A stretch of 64,000 nucleotides of DNA from an uncultured Bacilli bacterium. Its GTDB lineage: Bacteria > Bacillota_I > Bacilli_A > RF39 > UBA660. This document shows, piece after piece, positions 1-10,116 of this stretch; position 1 is the stretch's first letter; the number at the start of each line of letters is the position of its first letter. The stretch is from the NCBI GenBank assembly GCA_944358305.1, contig CALVQK010000007.1, forward strand, positions 8,165-72,164. Direction: 5' to 3'. The notes under the pieces are model-generated. The model was not told where the DNA came from and did not search any database. It was given only the letters and a program-made list of their open reading frames with translations. A program made the translations under genes and the position numbers.

Positions 1-1095
1 TTAATCTAATAAATTAGGGCTATCTATTTCCTTCGTATCTTTAAATTCTACTTTATTAATACTTTCAAACTTTTTACTAATTTTATCAGTGGTAATAGAA
101 ACGTTTTCTACATCTTTATTTACAGCTTGAATACTTCTTGAAAGTTTATCCCAACGTTCTTTATATCTTGCAAACTCTAAACTTAGTTTATTTAATTCTT
201 CATGAATAATAGAGGTATATTTATCTTTTTCCATATTTTTAATAATCATTTGAATTACAGTTAAAGTTGACATTAGAGTTGTAGGCGAAGTTATCCACAC
301 TCTTTTTTTATAAGCGTACTCTATTAAGTCTGGGTGATAGGCATTGATTTCTGCAAATATAGCTTCGGCAGGTAAAAACATAATGGCTTGATTACTAGTA
401 ACACCATCAATTATATATTTACTACTAATGGCATCGATATGTTTTTTTACATCCATCTTAAAAGCTTTGGTGGCATCTTCTCTTTCTCTTTTAGATAAAT
501 CTTTATCAACCATAATTTGATAATGTTCCAAAGGAAATTTAGAGTCAATAGCGATAGTACCAAGTGGCTCTGGAGCGAAAAGAATGGAGTCTGCAATTGT
601 ACCATTAGGAAGAGTGTATTGTAGTCTATAAATAGAATCATTTCCTTCACCAAAAATATTTACTAAGATGTGTTTTAAGTTAACTTCACCATAGATTCCT
701 CTTGTCTTTTTATCTGTTAAAATACTTTGTAATGAGATAATATCAGTAGATAGTGTATCTATCTTTTTTTGAGCCTCATCTATTTTACTAAGACGTTCTA
801 TAACAGAAGTAAAAGTTTTATTAGTCTTTTCAAAATTTTGATTAATTCTCTCATTTACTCCTTCGTTGATAGCAAGTAATCTTCTTTCTAGACTTTCATT
901 TAATTTAGTAAAATCGTCAGTTAAATTTTTTGTTAAATTATCTTTAAATTCATTCAATTCTTTAATAGTAGTTATCTCTAGATTATTAAGTCTATCTGTT
1001 ATTTTTGATTCATTAATATTTTTCATTAAAGAGATAACAATTAAAATAATTATTAATACAAGTAGTCCTATAATTAAGTAGTCCATAAAATTCAT
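1..1095 (-). CDS. rmuC: DNA recombination protein RmuC
   Basis: N-terminal TM helix and coiled coil, followed by RmuC motifs KTRGIYGE, IDSKFP, HIDAISSKYI and MFLPAEAIF. Confidence 0.92.
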   Translation of the reverse strand: MNFMDYLIIGLLVLIIILIVISLMKNINESKITDRLNNLEITTIKELNEFKDNLTKNLTDDFTKLNESLERRLLAINEGVNERINQNFEKTNKTFTSVIERLSKIDEAQKKIDTLSTDIISLQSILTDKKTRGIYGEVNLKHILVNIFGEGNDSIYRLQYTLPNGTIADSILFAPEPLGTIAIDSKFPLEHYQIMVDKDLSKREREDATKAFKMDVKKHIDAISSKYIIDGVTSNQAIMFLPAEAIFAEINAYHPDLIEYAYKKRVWITSPTTLMSTLTVIQMIIKNMEKDKYTSIIHEELNKLSLEFARYKERWDKLSRSIQAVNKDVENVSITTDKISKKFESINKVEFKDTKEIDSPNLLD

Positions 1096-1141
1096 CCTTT
1101 CTATATATAATATACATCATAGAACAAATTTTCGTCAAGAA

Positions 1142-1420
1142 TTATTTCTCATAACCATTTTTAATACTGTAAGTATGATAACCTTTATTATTTAGAATTG
1201 TAGATAATCTTTTACTATTAACCCCTGTCTCACAGATAAAATAGTATGTTTTATCAAATGATAAATATTTTTCGGGCATAGTTCTTAAAACTCTTAAAGG
1301 TATATTAATAGCATTTTTTATATGTCCTCTTTCATATAAGTAATGCTCTCTTATATCTATTAAATTAATATTTTCTAATAATTTAATCTCTTCATAATTT
1401 ATTTCCATACATAACACCAC
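1142..1420 (-). CDS. Rhodanese-like domain protein
   Basis: LIDIRE..YERGHIKNAINIP and CETGVNS active-site loop. Confidence 0.85.
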   Translation of the reverse strand: MVLCMEINYEEIKLLENINLIDIREHYLYERGHIKNAINIPLRVLRTMPEKYLSFDKTYYFICETGVNSKRLSTILNNKGYHTYSIKNGYEK

Positions 1421-1463
1421 TATATTATATGATGAAAAAGAAAAAGAGGTAATACCTCTTATA

Positions 1464-2312
1464 TTATAAATTATCTATTTCTTGACTGTTTAAGCCAGTA
1501 GCTTTCATTATATTTTCTTTAGATAAACCAATAGATAAAAGATTTTTTGCAATAGATAGTTCCCTTTCTTTGGCTCCCTCTTCTTTTCCTTTAATAATAC
1601 CATTATCATAACCTGCATCGTAACCATCAAGCCTTGCTGAATTTACTAGTTTCCTTTGCATTTCTTCAGCATCATAATATGTTCTAAATTCATCATCATC
1701 ACTTAATCTCTCTAACTCTTCCACTATTCTTAAAGCCTCCTTATTATCTCCTGAGATCTCCTTCATCTCTTCAAAGCTCTTCGCTCTAAATAACGCTAAG
1801 TATGTCTCTTTTTCGTTACTTCCATTATAGTGGATTTTATCTAAACTTGCAAGATATATATCATATATTTTTAGATCATCTATTACATCTTTATACTCTT
1901 CATTTATTAAGTCATATCCTACTGTTATGGCATTTCTATTCTCTTTATAACTTGCATTATTTATATTGATTAGGATCGTATGCATCTTCTTAAAGTCTTC
2001 TCCTTTCGCTAAGCCTCCTCCTGCTATACTATATAGATACTGCCTATTCTTTAATATGCTTCTTGTATCGACACTACTATTCATCTCGATTATTATAAAG
2101 TCTTTATCTTTTTTTAATAGTATATCTAGTCTATAATCTCTTCCTTTTGATCCACTATTTATTTCATTATCATATAATTCATATTCTTTTATATCTATAT
2201 TGGTTGTTAATTTTATTAGTCTTTCAAAAAATGGTCTATACTCTTCATTCTTAAACATGTATTTAAATGTTGTATCGGAAAGCAGACTAATGAAATTATC
2301 TTTTTGTTCCAT
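1464..2312 (-). CDS. Rpn family (PD-(D/E)XK nuclease/putative transposase) protein, copy 1
   Basis: SDTTFKYMF, RLDILL..IIIEMN, and C-terminal EGAKE..IAKNLL..TGL..EI tail; start moved to the ATG after an AGGAGG RBS. Confidence 0.85.
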   Translation of the reverse strand: MEQKDNFISLLSDTTFKYMFKNEEYRPFFERLIKLTTNIDIKEYELYDNEINSGSKGRDYRLDILLKKDKDFIIIEMNSSVDTRSILKNRQYLYSIAGGGLAKGEDFKKMHTILININNASYKENRNAITVGYDLINEEYKDVIDDLKIYDIYLASLDKIHYNGSNEKETYLALFRAKSFEEMKEISGDNKEALRIVEELERLSDDDEFRTYYDAEEMQRKLVNSARLDGYDAGYDNGIIKGKEEGAKERELSIAKNLLSIGLSKENIMKATGLNSQEIDNL

Positions 2313-2509
2313 ATATTCCTCCTTCATTTTTAGATTCACTTTTCGAAAAGTGATTTAAATCTATCACATGAAGAAATATTAATCAAAAGAGGAATTTTTT
2401 AAATTAACTTAAAAATGATAGGACAATTTATCAAATTCATCCTATCATTTTACCTTTTTCACACCTTAATTTTAGGTCAATTTTCAAAATTTATACTTTT
2501 TTTATTTTT
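1566..2509. repeat. ~940-bp near-identical repeat, copy A (Rpn body plus upstream terminator/promoter/leader)
   Basis: Matches 10562-11505 almost base for base (offset 8996). Confidence 0.9.
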
Positions 2510-3054
2510 TATCTAACTTGATCTCCTGTTATTCTAAGTTTTCCTTTCCAAACTTGACCACCAAAGTCTCCATCAACTTCGATTGTAGGCCAAACTCTTA
2601 AAATATAGTTATTTTCTTCACCACTATTAAGTGTTCCTTGATCTAATATTCTAGATCCATCTGCTCCTAAACTTTCTAAATATTCAGCAGTTCCTACAGT
2701 ATCATTCTTATCTAAACTATACTTTAAATACATATCATCCAATTTAACATCAGGAGAAGTAATTTCTACATTATCTAGATAAATTACATAATCAACATCA
2801 GCAGTGCCTGTATTTTCTAAAGTAAAGCTATAGCCATCTAAAGCAAGTCCTTCAGCATTTGTTAGTGGATAAGTATCTTCCAAATTAATTGTAGTTCCTT
2901 CTGTCAAAGTCAACTCTAGATTACCTAAAGTAACAACATTTTCTCTTTGGCCAGGACCAACGAATCTAAATGCTGCATAAGATAAAGCTATTATGGCTAT
3001 AATTAGAATTATTAATAAAACTATTATTGCAATTTTGTTTCTTTTTTCTTTCAT
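2509..3054 (-). CDS. SipW-type signal peptide protein, TasA/camelysin-like domain only
   Basis: Basic N-terminus, hydrophobic helix ending LSYAAF, then GNLELTL and FTLENTG motifs shared with the N-termini of the 31.7 and 33.5 kb proteins. Confidence 0.6.
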   Translation of the reverse strand: MKEKRNKIAIIVLLIILIIAIIALSYAAFRFVGPGQRENVVTLGNLELTLTEGTTINLEDTYPLTNAEGLALDGYSFTLENTGTADVDYVIYLDNVEITSPDVKLDDMYLKYSLDKNDTVGTAEYLESLGADGSRILDQGTLNSGEENNYILRVWPTIEVDGDFGGQVWKGKLRITGDQVR

Positions 3055-3113
3055 CTTCTCACCTACATTACAAATAAAGTATAACATTATTAACTTTATC
3101 TTTCAATACATTT

Positions 3114-4064
3114 TTAATTTAAGTTACTTCTTTTAACAGTTTCTATATCTTGACCTTCTACCTTAAAATTAATAGTATTTACAGAATAGTTAGCAAAAGC
3201 GGAATAGCTTAGCATATATAAAACCTCTTCCTTTATTTTATCATTATTATCAAATAAGGCATTATTAAAATTTAATATCAATAAATCATCATCTACTAAT
3301 TCTTTATCAATTAACCTGGTATTTTCATTTAAAATACTTTTCAAATTATCTTCATATATATAGCTAGTGGTTAGTTCTTCGACAATTATATTAATCTTAT
3401 CTTTATTATCGTTATTATTTAAATATTTAGTAACAGGAACATAATAAATATCATCATTTATATCTTCACCATAATATATTACAACTTTAGTAATATTATC
3501 TAAAGTATTATAAGTATATTCATTGTTTATACCAATTTCTCTCGTAATTGGCATAGTTAGTTTTTTATTACTATTTGGATATGTTTCTAAAGGCTTAGAT
3601 TCTACTGTAATATTTACCTTATTTATATCATCTATCTCGGTTATAGAAAAAACAATCGCTTCTATTAATTTAGTGGATAAATCTTCATCAACTTTTAATA
3701 ATTCTTTAGAAAAATCAAGGGTAACTGAATCATTTTCAATATTAACACTATTTAATTTAGTCTTTTCGGGTATTATACTTTCTAAATTATCAGGAAACTT
3801 ACTTTCATCACTTACTGTTAAGTTATTAATAATACTTTTTATATTATCTTCAACCTTTTCATTATCAAGTAGAATTTTAGTTTTAACCAAATAATTATTC
3901 TCATCTAATAAATAAATAGAAGAATTGGCAAGATCTGTTATATATTCAAATTCTAAATTAGTTTCTAATGTTTTTTCTGTTAGAGGTATTAGATAAATAG
4001 TCATAATTATAAAAAGGCTCATCGTTGTAATAAATATTTTTCTTAAAGCTTTTTTTCTTAGCAT
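3114..4064 (-). CDS. gerM: GerMN-domain sporulation/germination protein (GerM-like)
   Basis: YLLDENNYLV, VTLDFSKE, ITREIGIN and YYVPVT motifs in two GerMN-like repeats. Confidence 0.75.
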   Translation of the reverse strand: MLRKKALRKIFITTMSLFIIMTIYLIPLTEKTLETNLEFEYITDLANSSIYLLDENNYLVKTKILLDNEKVEDNIKSIINNLTVSDESKFPDNLESIIPEKTKLNSVNIENDSVTLDFSKELLKVDEDLSTKLIEAIVFSITEIDDINKVNITVESKPLETYPNSNKKLTMPITREIGINNEYTYNTLDNITKVVIYYGEDINDDIYYVPVTKYLNNNDNKDKINIIVEELTTSYIYEDNLKSILNENTRLIDKELVDDDLLILNFNNALFDNNDKIKEEVLYMLSYSAFANYSVNTINFKVEGQDIETVKRSNLN

Positions 4065-4110
4065 AAAATCACCTACTAAAGTATAGAACAAATAGAATAA
4101 AACAAGTTTT

Positions 4111-4206
4111 GTTTGTACCTTGTCGTTGCCTCCAAGGTTTCCTATTTCATAGATAGAGTAACATCACATCTTTATAGGTTTAAATTCCTTAAAACTCTAC
4201 CGTACT
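4111..4206 (-). ncRNA. Degenerate IS200/IS605-family right end / omega-RNA scaffold
   Basis: Minus strand reads AGTACGGTAG..GGAATTTAAACCTATAAAG..TGAAATAGGAA, then hairpin ACCTTG-N10-CAAGGT; lies just downstream of a TnpB C-terminal fragment. Confidence 0.55.
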
Positions 4207-4259
4207 AATTTACTTTTCTGTTTAATTATATTTCATCTAAAACATTATTATGCTAAAAT

Positions 4260-4445
4260 AACTAAATTATAATGTAACTTTAATCATTCTAATAATATGT
4301 TTAAACTAGCATTTATATCTTTATCATTATATACTCCATATTCTGGACAATCATATTCTCTTATACTTAAATTCTTTAATTCAATATTTTTATAACCACA
4401 TTGACTACATATTTGACTACTTGGATAATATGTATTTATTTTGAG
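4260..4445 (-). pseudogene. tnpB: TnpB C-terminal remnant (zinc ribbon + RuvC-III)
   Basis: Manual translation: KINTYYPSSQICSQCGYKNIELKNLSIREYDCPEYGVYNDKDINASLNILLE*LKLHY; no N-terminus, one Cys lost, internal stop. Confidence 0.85.
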
Positions 4446-4446
4446 C

Positions 4447-4475
4447 TAAAAAAAAGTACTTGTTTAGTACTTTTT
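4447..4475 (-). terminator. Rho-independent terminator of gerE
   Basis: AAAAAGTACT-loop-AGTACTTTTT hairpin with T-run. Confidence 0.7.
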
Positions 4476-4677
4476 ATAAGGCAATTTCATTCAATTTTAA
4501 TAGTTCTATAACAGCATTAGCTCTTCCTTTAACACCGAGCTTTTGCATAACATTTGAAATATGATTTCTAACTGTTTTTTCACTTATTTTTAAAGACTCT
4601 GCTATTTCTTTAGTAGTAAGGCCATTTACTAAAAGTTCAAAGACTTCTTTTTCTCTTGTTGTTAGTATTCCTCTCAT
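4474..4677 (-). CDS. gerE: Spore coat regulator GerE (LuxR-type HTH)
   Basis: LTTREKEVFELLV..TTKEIA..ISEKTVRNHISNVMQKLGVKGR closely matches B. subtilis GerE. Confidence 0.9.
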   Translation of the reverse strand: MRGILTTREKEVFELLVNGLTTKEIAESLKISEKTVRNHISNVMQKLGVKGRANAVIELLKLNEIAL

Positions 4678-4755
4678 AATTATCCCCTTTCCATAATTCT
4701 TGAAGCTTTCAATAGTAGTTTATGAGAAAAGGAATATTTGTTGTAGATAAAAGAA

Positions 4756-5286
4756 CTAGTTACCTTCGAATTTAACTGTTATAGTTTTTTTAGTATCATA
4801 TTCTCCTTGGATAGTTCTCATGATATTATTGGCAAGAGTAACATCATGTTCTTTTTTAGCAGCTACTACGGTAATAGTGTTATTATCTATTTTAACAAAG
4901 CTATCAATTTTATGTTCTTTTTTTATTAACTTCTCTAATTTTTCTTCTTCTCCTTCTATTACAGATAAATATTTTAATTGCTCGTAAGCATTATTTTTTT
5001 CATCAGTAGTAGAGTCTTCATTAGTCATGGTTGTTTTTAGTTCTTCTTTTTCTTTATCACGTTCTTCATCTAAGCTTACTCTTAAAGCGGTTAGGCTGTC
5101 AGCTTCATCTACATCACTAATAGTATCTTGATCTTCCTCTTTAGTATCATCTTCAGTATTATTTTCTTTTTGCTCGGTAGAATTACTAGCGATAAGTAAG
5201 TCATTAGGCATAGTTATATAATATACACTAAGGACTAGAATAAGACTAAAAAGAGTTAAAAACCATAAATTTTGTTTATTAATCAT
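4756..5286 (-). CDS. spoIIIAH: SpoIIIAH-like protein
   Basis: N-terminus KQNLWFLTLFSLILVLSVYYI typical of Bacillus SpoIIIAH, then coiled coil and ring-building motif. Confidence 0.85.
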   Translation of the reverse strand: MINKQNLWFLTLFSLILVLSVYYITMPNDLLIASNSTEQKENNTEDDTKEEDQDTISDVDEADSLTALRVSLDEERDKEKEELKTTMTNEDSTTDEKNNAYEQLKYLSVIEGEEEKLEKLIKKEHKIDSFVKIDNNTITVVAAKKEHDVTLANNIMRTIQGEYDTKKTITVKFEGN

Positions 5287-5310
5287 TTGCTTCCTCCCTT
5301 TTACTATTAC

Positions 5311-5340
5311 ACTTTATGAGGAAGACTTTACTTTTATGAC
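5311..5340 (-). promoter_or_regulatory. SigE-type promoter of spoIIIAH
   Basis: GTCATA-16 bp-CATAAAGT matches the ATA-N16-CATAnnnT consensus. Confidence 0.6.
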
Positions 5341-6569
5341 TTTAAATTAGAAACAGCTTTTATAACAGCAAGACGACCATAAGTATAAGTTAGAGAACCT
5401 TGCTGATAAGCAATATAGGGGCTTCTTAAGGGACCATCACAAGATAACTCTATAGATGATCCTTGGGTAAATGAACCACTAGCCATAATTATTTTATCAG
5501 TATATCCTGGCATATCATCAGGAATTGGTAGTGAGTTAGAATCAATTGGAGAATTCATTTGAATACCTTGTGTATATTTTATTAAGTCTCTTTCATTATT
5601 AAAAATAATATTTTGAACTATGTCTGCACGTTCTTCATTATATTTTGGTTCAACACTATAACCTAATTCTTCAAGTAAGCCAGCTGTGAATATGGCTGTT
5701 TTTAAAGATGAAGAAACTACTGATGGAGCCATAAATAGGCCTTGTAATATTTGTTTATTAATACCTAATGATGGTCCTACTTCTTTTCCTTCTCCTGGCA
5801 GAGTTAAGCGTTCGGCACAGGCGTTAATAAGATTACTCCTACCCACGATGTATGCACCATTAGGAGCAATTCCTCCTCCTAAGTTCTTAATTAAGGAACC
5901 AACAGCAATATCTGCTCCTACTTCTACTGGTTCTTTAGTACTAACAAATTCACAATAACAGTTATCAATCATAATAATTATTTCTTTATTTATAGACTTA
6001 ATAAATTTAATAACAGATTCTACCTTTTCAATAGTAAGACTACATCTCGTGGAATATCCTTTAGATCTTTGAATTTCTATTACTTTAATTTTATTATTAG
6101 TAATAACATCTTTAATTTTATCATAGTCAAAGTCATTATCAATTAAGTCAACTTGCATATAATTGATACCAAAACTTTTTAATGATGAAGGATTATCTAT
6201 AATACCTATTACTTCATCCATGGTGTCATATGGTTTACCTGTTATACTTAAAAGAGTATCTCCCGGACGAAGAAGTGCAAAGAAAGCGACAGTTAAAGCA
6301 TGAGAACCAGAAATAAACTGATTACGAACTAAAGCAGACTCAGCTTTAAATATATCAGCATATATTTTTTCTATTTTGTCACGTCCCATATCATTATAAC
6401 CATAACCAGTGGTAGCAAAAAAATCAGTCTCTGCCACTTGTTCTTTTATAAAGGCATTTAAGACTTTTTCGCTGTTCACTCTTTCTAAGTCATCAACCTT
6501 ACTTAGTTCATCTTTTATTTTTAAATCAACTTTTTCAATTAATTCTTCAAACACGTTTAACACCACCAT
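5334..6569 (-). CDS. Methionine gamma-lyase family / YnbB (aluminium resistance) PLP enzyme
   Basis: TTGYGYNDMGRD, QRSKGY, DNCYCEFV and GSLIKNLGGG motifs. Confidence 0.88.
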   Translation of the reverse strand: MVVLNVFEELIEKVDLKIKDELSKVDDLERVNSEKVLNAFIKEQVAETDFFATTGYGYNDMGRDKIEKIYADIFKAESALVRNQFISGSHALTVAFFALLRPGDTLLSITGKPYDTMDEVIGIIDNPSSLKSFGINYMQVDLIDNDFDYDKIKDVITNNKIKVIEIQRSKGYSTRCSLTIEKVESVIKFIKSINKEIIIMIDNCYCEFVSTKEPVEVGADIAVGSLIKNLGGGIAPNGAYIVGRSNLINACAERLTLPGEGKEVGPSLGINKQILQGLFMAPSVVSSSLKTAIFTAGLLEELGYSVEPKYNEERADIVQNIIFNNERDLIKYTQGIQMNSPIDSNSLPIPDDMPGYTDKIIMASGSFTQGSSIELSCDGPLRSPYIAYQQGSLTYTYGRLAVIKAVSNLKS

Positions 6570-7290
6570 CTATTCTAATAATAGAATCATTTATATAACT
6601 AGCTTTGTCAGTTCCAAGAAAATATGCTAGATTCGCAATTTCAGAGGGTTCTGCAAAACGATTAAGGAGGACTTTAGCTGTCTCTTCATCTACAAACTCT
6701 TTATCCAAATCTTTATTCATGTCTGTATTAACCCAACCTGGACATATAGTATTAACCCGAATATAAGGGGCAAAATAATTAGCAAGATTATGATTTAGGG
6801 AAATAACACCTGCTTTTGAAGCATCATAATCAATTGACTCAGGATAAGTTGTATCAAGTCCATTTGTTGAAGAAATGTTAATGATATTTCCTTTTTTAGC
6901 CTCTTTCATTTTAAGGCCTATTTTCTTAGATAAAAGATAAGTTCCTACTAAATTAACTTCTAAAGTTTTCATAAAATCTTCTTTAGTTTTTAGTTCAAAA
7001 TCTTGGTCTAAAGCAACACCTGCATTATTAACCAAAATGTCAAGATGACCAAACTCTTTATAGATTTTATCTATCATAGAATCAATATCACTTTCTTTAG
7101 ATATATCACATTTAATTACTAAAGCTTTCACTTTATAAGTAGATTCAACATAATATTTTAATTCTAAAGCTTCTTTTTCACTATTATTATAATTAATAAT
7201 AACATCATACCCATTTTTAGCATATTCTAAAATAATAGCTTTACCTATTCCTCTACTACTTCCTGTTACTAAAACATTCATTCTAATCAA
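6547..7290 (-). CDS. Short-chain dehydrogenase/reductase (FabG-like)
   Basis: TGSSRGIG, NNAG and YDASK motifs. Confidence 0.9.
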   Translation of the reverse strand: MIRMNVLVTGSSRGIGKAIILEYAKNGYDVIINYNNSEKEALELKYYVESTYKVKALVIKCDISKESDIDSMIDKIYKEFGHLDILVNNAGVALDQDFELKTKEDFMKTLEVNLVGTYLLSKKIGLKMKEAKKGNIINISSTNGLDTTYPESIDYDASKAGVISLNHNLANYFAPYIRVNTICPGWVNTDMNKDLDKEFVDEETAKVLLNRFAEPSEIANLAYFLGTDKASYINDSIIRIDGGVKRV

Positions 7291-7349
7291 CTCCTGCTAC
7301 TATTATAAAGATGTTTAAAAGAAAAATAAAGTGTTAATTACTCACCACT

Positions 7350-7712
7350 TTACTTTTCTATTCTCTCTACTGGCAATACTATACCTAAATCTATTTTTGA
7401 TTCTCTAGCTGCTTGCCAACAAGAGCCAATATTAAAACCGCCATCAGGCACCCAAGTCATTATTAAATTAACTAATGTTGGGAGAAAAAATATTATAATA
7501 GCTGCAACTAATTGTGATATTAATTTTCTTATAAAATGTTTTTGATCTGGATCAGTTATAACTTTAACAATTGTCCATGCCAAACTAAAAATTAAAATAA
7601 TAGGTACTGCTATACAGATAATATTGAAAGCAGTTTGAGTTAATGACAAAATATTGGCTAAAGCAATATCATCACATGCATCTGCTGTTGCTAAAATAAA
7701 CATATTAGGCAC
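7350..7712 (-). CDS. Small membrane protein, TrbC/VirB2 pilin-like
   Basis: Two TM helices (IAVPIILIF; AAIIIFFLPTLVNLI) flanked by Cys residues. Confidence 0.45.
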   Translation of the reverse strand: MPNMFILATADACDDIALANILSLTQTAFNIICIAVPIILIFSLAWTIVKVITDPDQKHFIRKLISQLVAAIIIFFLPTLVNLIMTWVPDGGFNIGSCWQAARESKIDLGIVLPVERIEK

Positions 7713-8322
7713 CTCCCCTGGTCTTTTTTTCGCTTACGGCTATTCCATCTCCTATATCGTAAATTGTTGTGTTGTAATCTTCATTTTCTTTTAAGAATGT
7801 GATATAGTCTTTTATCTTTCTTACTATGCCTCTTACATTTCTACTTTTTATTTCTTTTTCATTTTTTTGAACTAATCCGTGAAAATACATATTATCAGTA
7901 ATAATGAAACCACCTTCATTAAGATTTCTTTCAAATAGTTCAAAGAATTTAATATTTTGAGCTTTAGCGGCATCTATAAAAATCAAATCATACTTACCTT
8001 CTATTTTAGTTTTTAAAGCATCGTTAAAGATTAAAGTAATACGATCTTCTAAATCAAGTTTTTTTACATTTTTTATAGCTTCTAAGTATCTTTCTTCATC
8101 ACGTTCTATAGTTGTAACTTTTAGATTGGGACTGCATAAGGTCATCATAATTGCTGAATATCCTATAGCAGTTCCTAATTCTAAAACATTCTTTATTTGA
8201 TGTTTAATAATAAAAGTAGTTAAGAAATCAATTCCATCCTGTCTCATAATTGGGACTTTATTTTGAATGGCATATTCTTTGATTTCTTTGATAAGAGCAT
8301 AGTTGCTTTTTACCATATCCAA
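7705..8322 (-). CDS. O-methyltransferase YrrM/TrmR-like
   Basis: LELGTAIGYS and FIDAAK motifs; follows mltG as in Bacillus. Confidence 0.85.
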   Translation of the reverse strand: MDMVKSNYALIKEIKEYAIQNKVPIMRQDGIDFLTTFIIKHQIKNVLELGTAIGYSAIMMTLCSPNLKVTTIERDEERYLEAIKNVKKLDLEDRITLIFNDALKTKIEGKYDLIFIDAAKAQNIKFFELFERNLNEGGFIITDNMYFHGLVQKNEKEIKSRNVRGIVRKIKDYITFLKENEDYNTTIYDIGDGIAVSEKKTRGGA

Positions 8323-9371
8323 TCACCATTTTCTTTTAATTCTTGTACTTTTGCTTCATGTTCACTGGCACTTCTTGTAAAATAGACATTTCTATTTTTA
8401 TCAGCGACAAAGTATAGATAATCACTCGTTTCTGGATTTATTGCAGCTTCAATACTAGATAAAGATGGATTACATATTGGTCCTACAGGAAGTCGTCCAG
8501 CCATTTCACTACTTCTTGTATTATAAGGATTATAGGTATTAAACATTTCACTAGTTAGATCAGAATCCATCTCTTCATCAAAAGCATAGTATGTAGTTAC
8601 ATCACTACCTAAATTCATACCTTGTTCTAGTCTATTATTAAAAACACTTATTATAAGACGTCTATCCTCATCTTTAACTCCCTCTAGTTCTGCAATGCTT
8701 GCTAGAGTTATAATACTATGAACATCATTATTTTCTAAGATACTTTTATAAGGAGCTAGTTTTTCTTCTTCTTCATCTAGAAGTGTCCTTATTATTGTTT
8801 CACTGGTTAAGTTATTTTTATCAAAATCATAAGTGTCAGGGAAAAGGTATCCTTCTAAAGGATAATAAATATCTTCATTTAAAATACTATCTGTTAAAAA
8901 CCAATAATCATTTATTAAACTATTAAGTAACGTTGTATCTCTTGTAGCACTAATAAATTCTTCACTAGTAATATTAGTATTAGAAGCAATTAAGTCAGCA
9001 TAGTCACTAATGGTTTCACCTTCTCTAAAAGTTAATCTAATGCTATCTTCATTACCACTACCACTTTCTAAAGCGCTTACTATTTCGTCTAGGCTCATAC
9101 TTTTAGTTAGAAGATATGTTGAAGCTTTTAGACTGCTAATATTATTTAGCCTTAGATAAACTTTAAAAAAGAATTCACTTTTAATTAAATCTTTATCATG
9201 AAGTGTTTTAGCAATATTATCTGTTGACATTCCTTCTGGTATAACTACTTCAATATTAGCATTACTACTACTATCAACAGGGCTTGTATTATACTCATAA
9301 TAGACAAAACCTAGTATTAATAAGAGGCCGATAAAGCCAAGTATTAGGGCCAATATACGTGTTTTCTTCAT
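8310..9371 (-). CDS. mltG: Endolytic transglycosylase MltG
   Basis: LEGYLFPDTY, LASIAELE, SVFNNRL, PYNT, GPICNP and YLYFVA motifs. Confidence 0.93.
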   Translation of the reverse strand: MKKTRILALILGFIGLLLILGFVYYEYNTSPVDSSSNANIEVVIPEGMSTDNIAKTLHDKDLIKSEFFFKVYLRLNNISSLKASTYLLTKSMSLDEIVSALESGSGNEDSIRLTFREGETISDYADLIASNTNITSEEFISATRDTTLLNSLINDYWFLTDSILNEDIYYPLEGYLFPDTYDFDKNNLTSETIIRTLLDEEEEKLAPYKSILENNDVHSIITLASIAELEGVKDEDRRLIISVFNNRLEQGMNLGSDVTTYYAFDEEMDSDLTSEMFNTYNPYNTRSSEMAGRLPVGPICNPSLSSIEAAINPETSDYLYFVADKNRNVYFTRSASEHEAKVQELKENGDWIW

Positions 9372-9392
9372 ACTGCCAATCCCCTTTAATTA

Positions 9393-9698
9393 TTATGCTG
9401 CAGCACTACCTTCTTCGTTATTTCCAACCTGAGCTTTAACTTCTTCTTGAATTGTTTCAAGTATTTTTTCAATTACTTGCCATTCTTTATCAGTCTCAAT
9501 AGGATCTAATTTAGTTGAATCAGTTCCTGGATAGTAAACACTAGCATATACTTGAACATTTCCTTTATCATCTAAACTATTATCTGTATAAACTATATAA
9601 CTTTTTTTTGTTTCTTCATTATCAAAAGTAAATAATACATCATATACTGTTTCTTTACCATATTCATCTTTTAACTTAAATTGATTTTTTCCATCCAT
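9393..9698 (-). CDS. DUF1292 (YrzB-like) protein
   Basis: Acidic protein with PIETDKEW motif; ireB-yqgF-DUF1292-mltG synteny. Confidence 0.85.
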   Translation of the reverse strand: MDGKNQFKLKDEYGKETVYDVLFTFDNEETKKSYIVYTDNSLDDKGNVQVYASVYYPGTDSTKLDPIETDKEWQVIEKILETIQEEVKAQVGNNEEGSAAA

Positions 9699-9699
9699 A

Positions 9700-10116
9700 T
9701 TATTTTCTCCTTTTATCTAAAAATGATTGTAATATAATTGTAGCTGCTACTTTATCTATAACCTTTTTTCTTTTCTTTCGGCTAGTATCACCTTTAATTA
9801 AAAGTGATTCTGCACTTTTCGTAGTTAGACGTTCATCTTCCAAATATACAGGCAAACTAAGATTAGTCTCTAAAAAATCTTTATATTTTAAGGTAGATAA
9901 AGCTCTTTCTCCTAAAGTATTATTCATATTTTTTGGTAGTCCTAGAACAAGTGCTTCAATATCTAAAGACTCTATAATTGATTTTAAATCATCTAGACAG
10001 TCTTCAGGATTATTATCATGATGAAGTACTTTATAAGATGTTGCTATTAAGCCTGTTTTATCACTAATAGCAAGGCCAATGGTTTTAGTGCCTAAGTCTA
10101 AACCTAAATATCTCAT
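9700..10116 (-). CDS. ruvX: YqgF/RuvX pre-16S rRNA nuclease
   Basis: LGLDLGTKTIGLA, DERLTT and DKVAATIILQ motifs. Confidence 0.93.
   Translation of the reverse strand: MRYLGLDLGTKTIGLAISDKTGLIATSYKVLHHDNNPEDCLDDLKSIIESLDIEALVLGLPKNMNNTLGERALSTLKYKDFLETNLSLPVYLEDERLTTKSAESLLIKGDTSRKKRKKVIDKVAATIILQSFLDKRRK

Noticed and set aside
4283-4285. TGA read-through (genetic code 4) in the TnpB fragment
   Set aside because: Intact genes here use TGG for Trp and some end in TGA (e.g. yidD), so this is a nonsense mutation.
7350-7712. Conjugation system implied by the pilin-like gene
   Set aside because: A single gene inside a housekeeping operon, with no T4SS or relaxase genes nearby.
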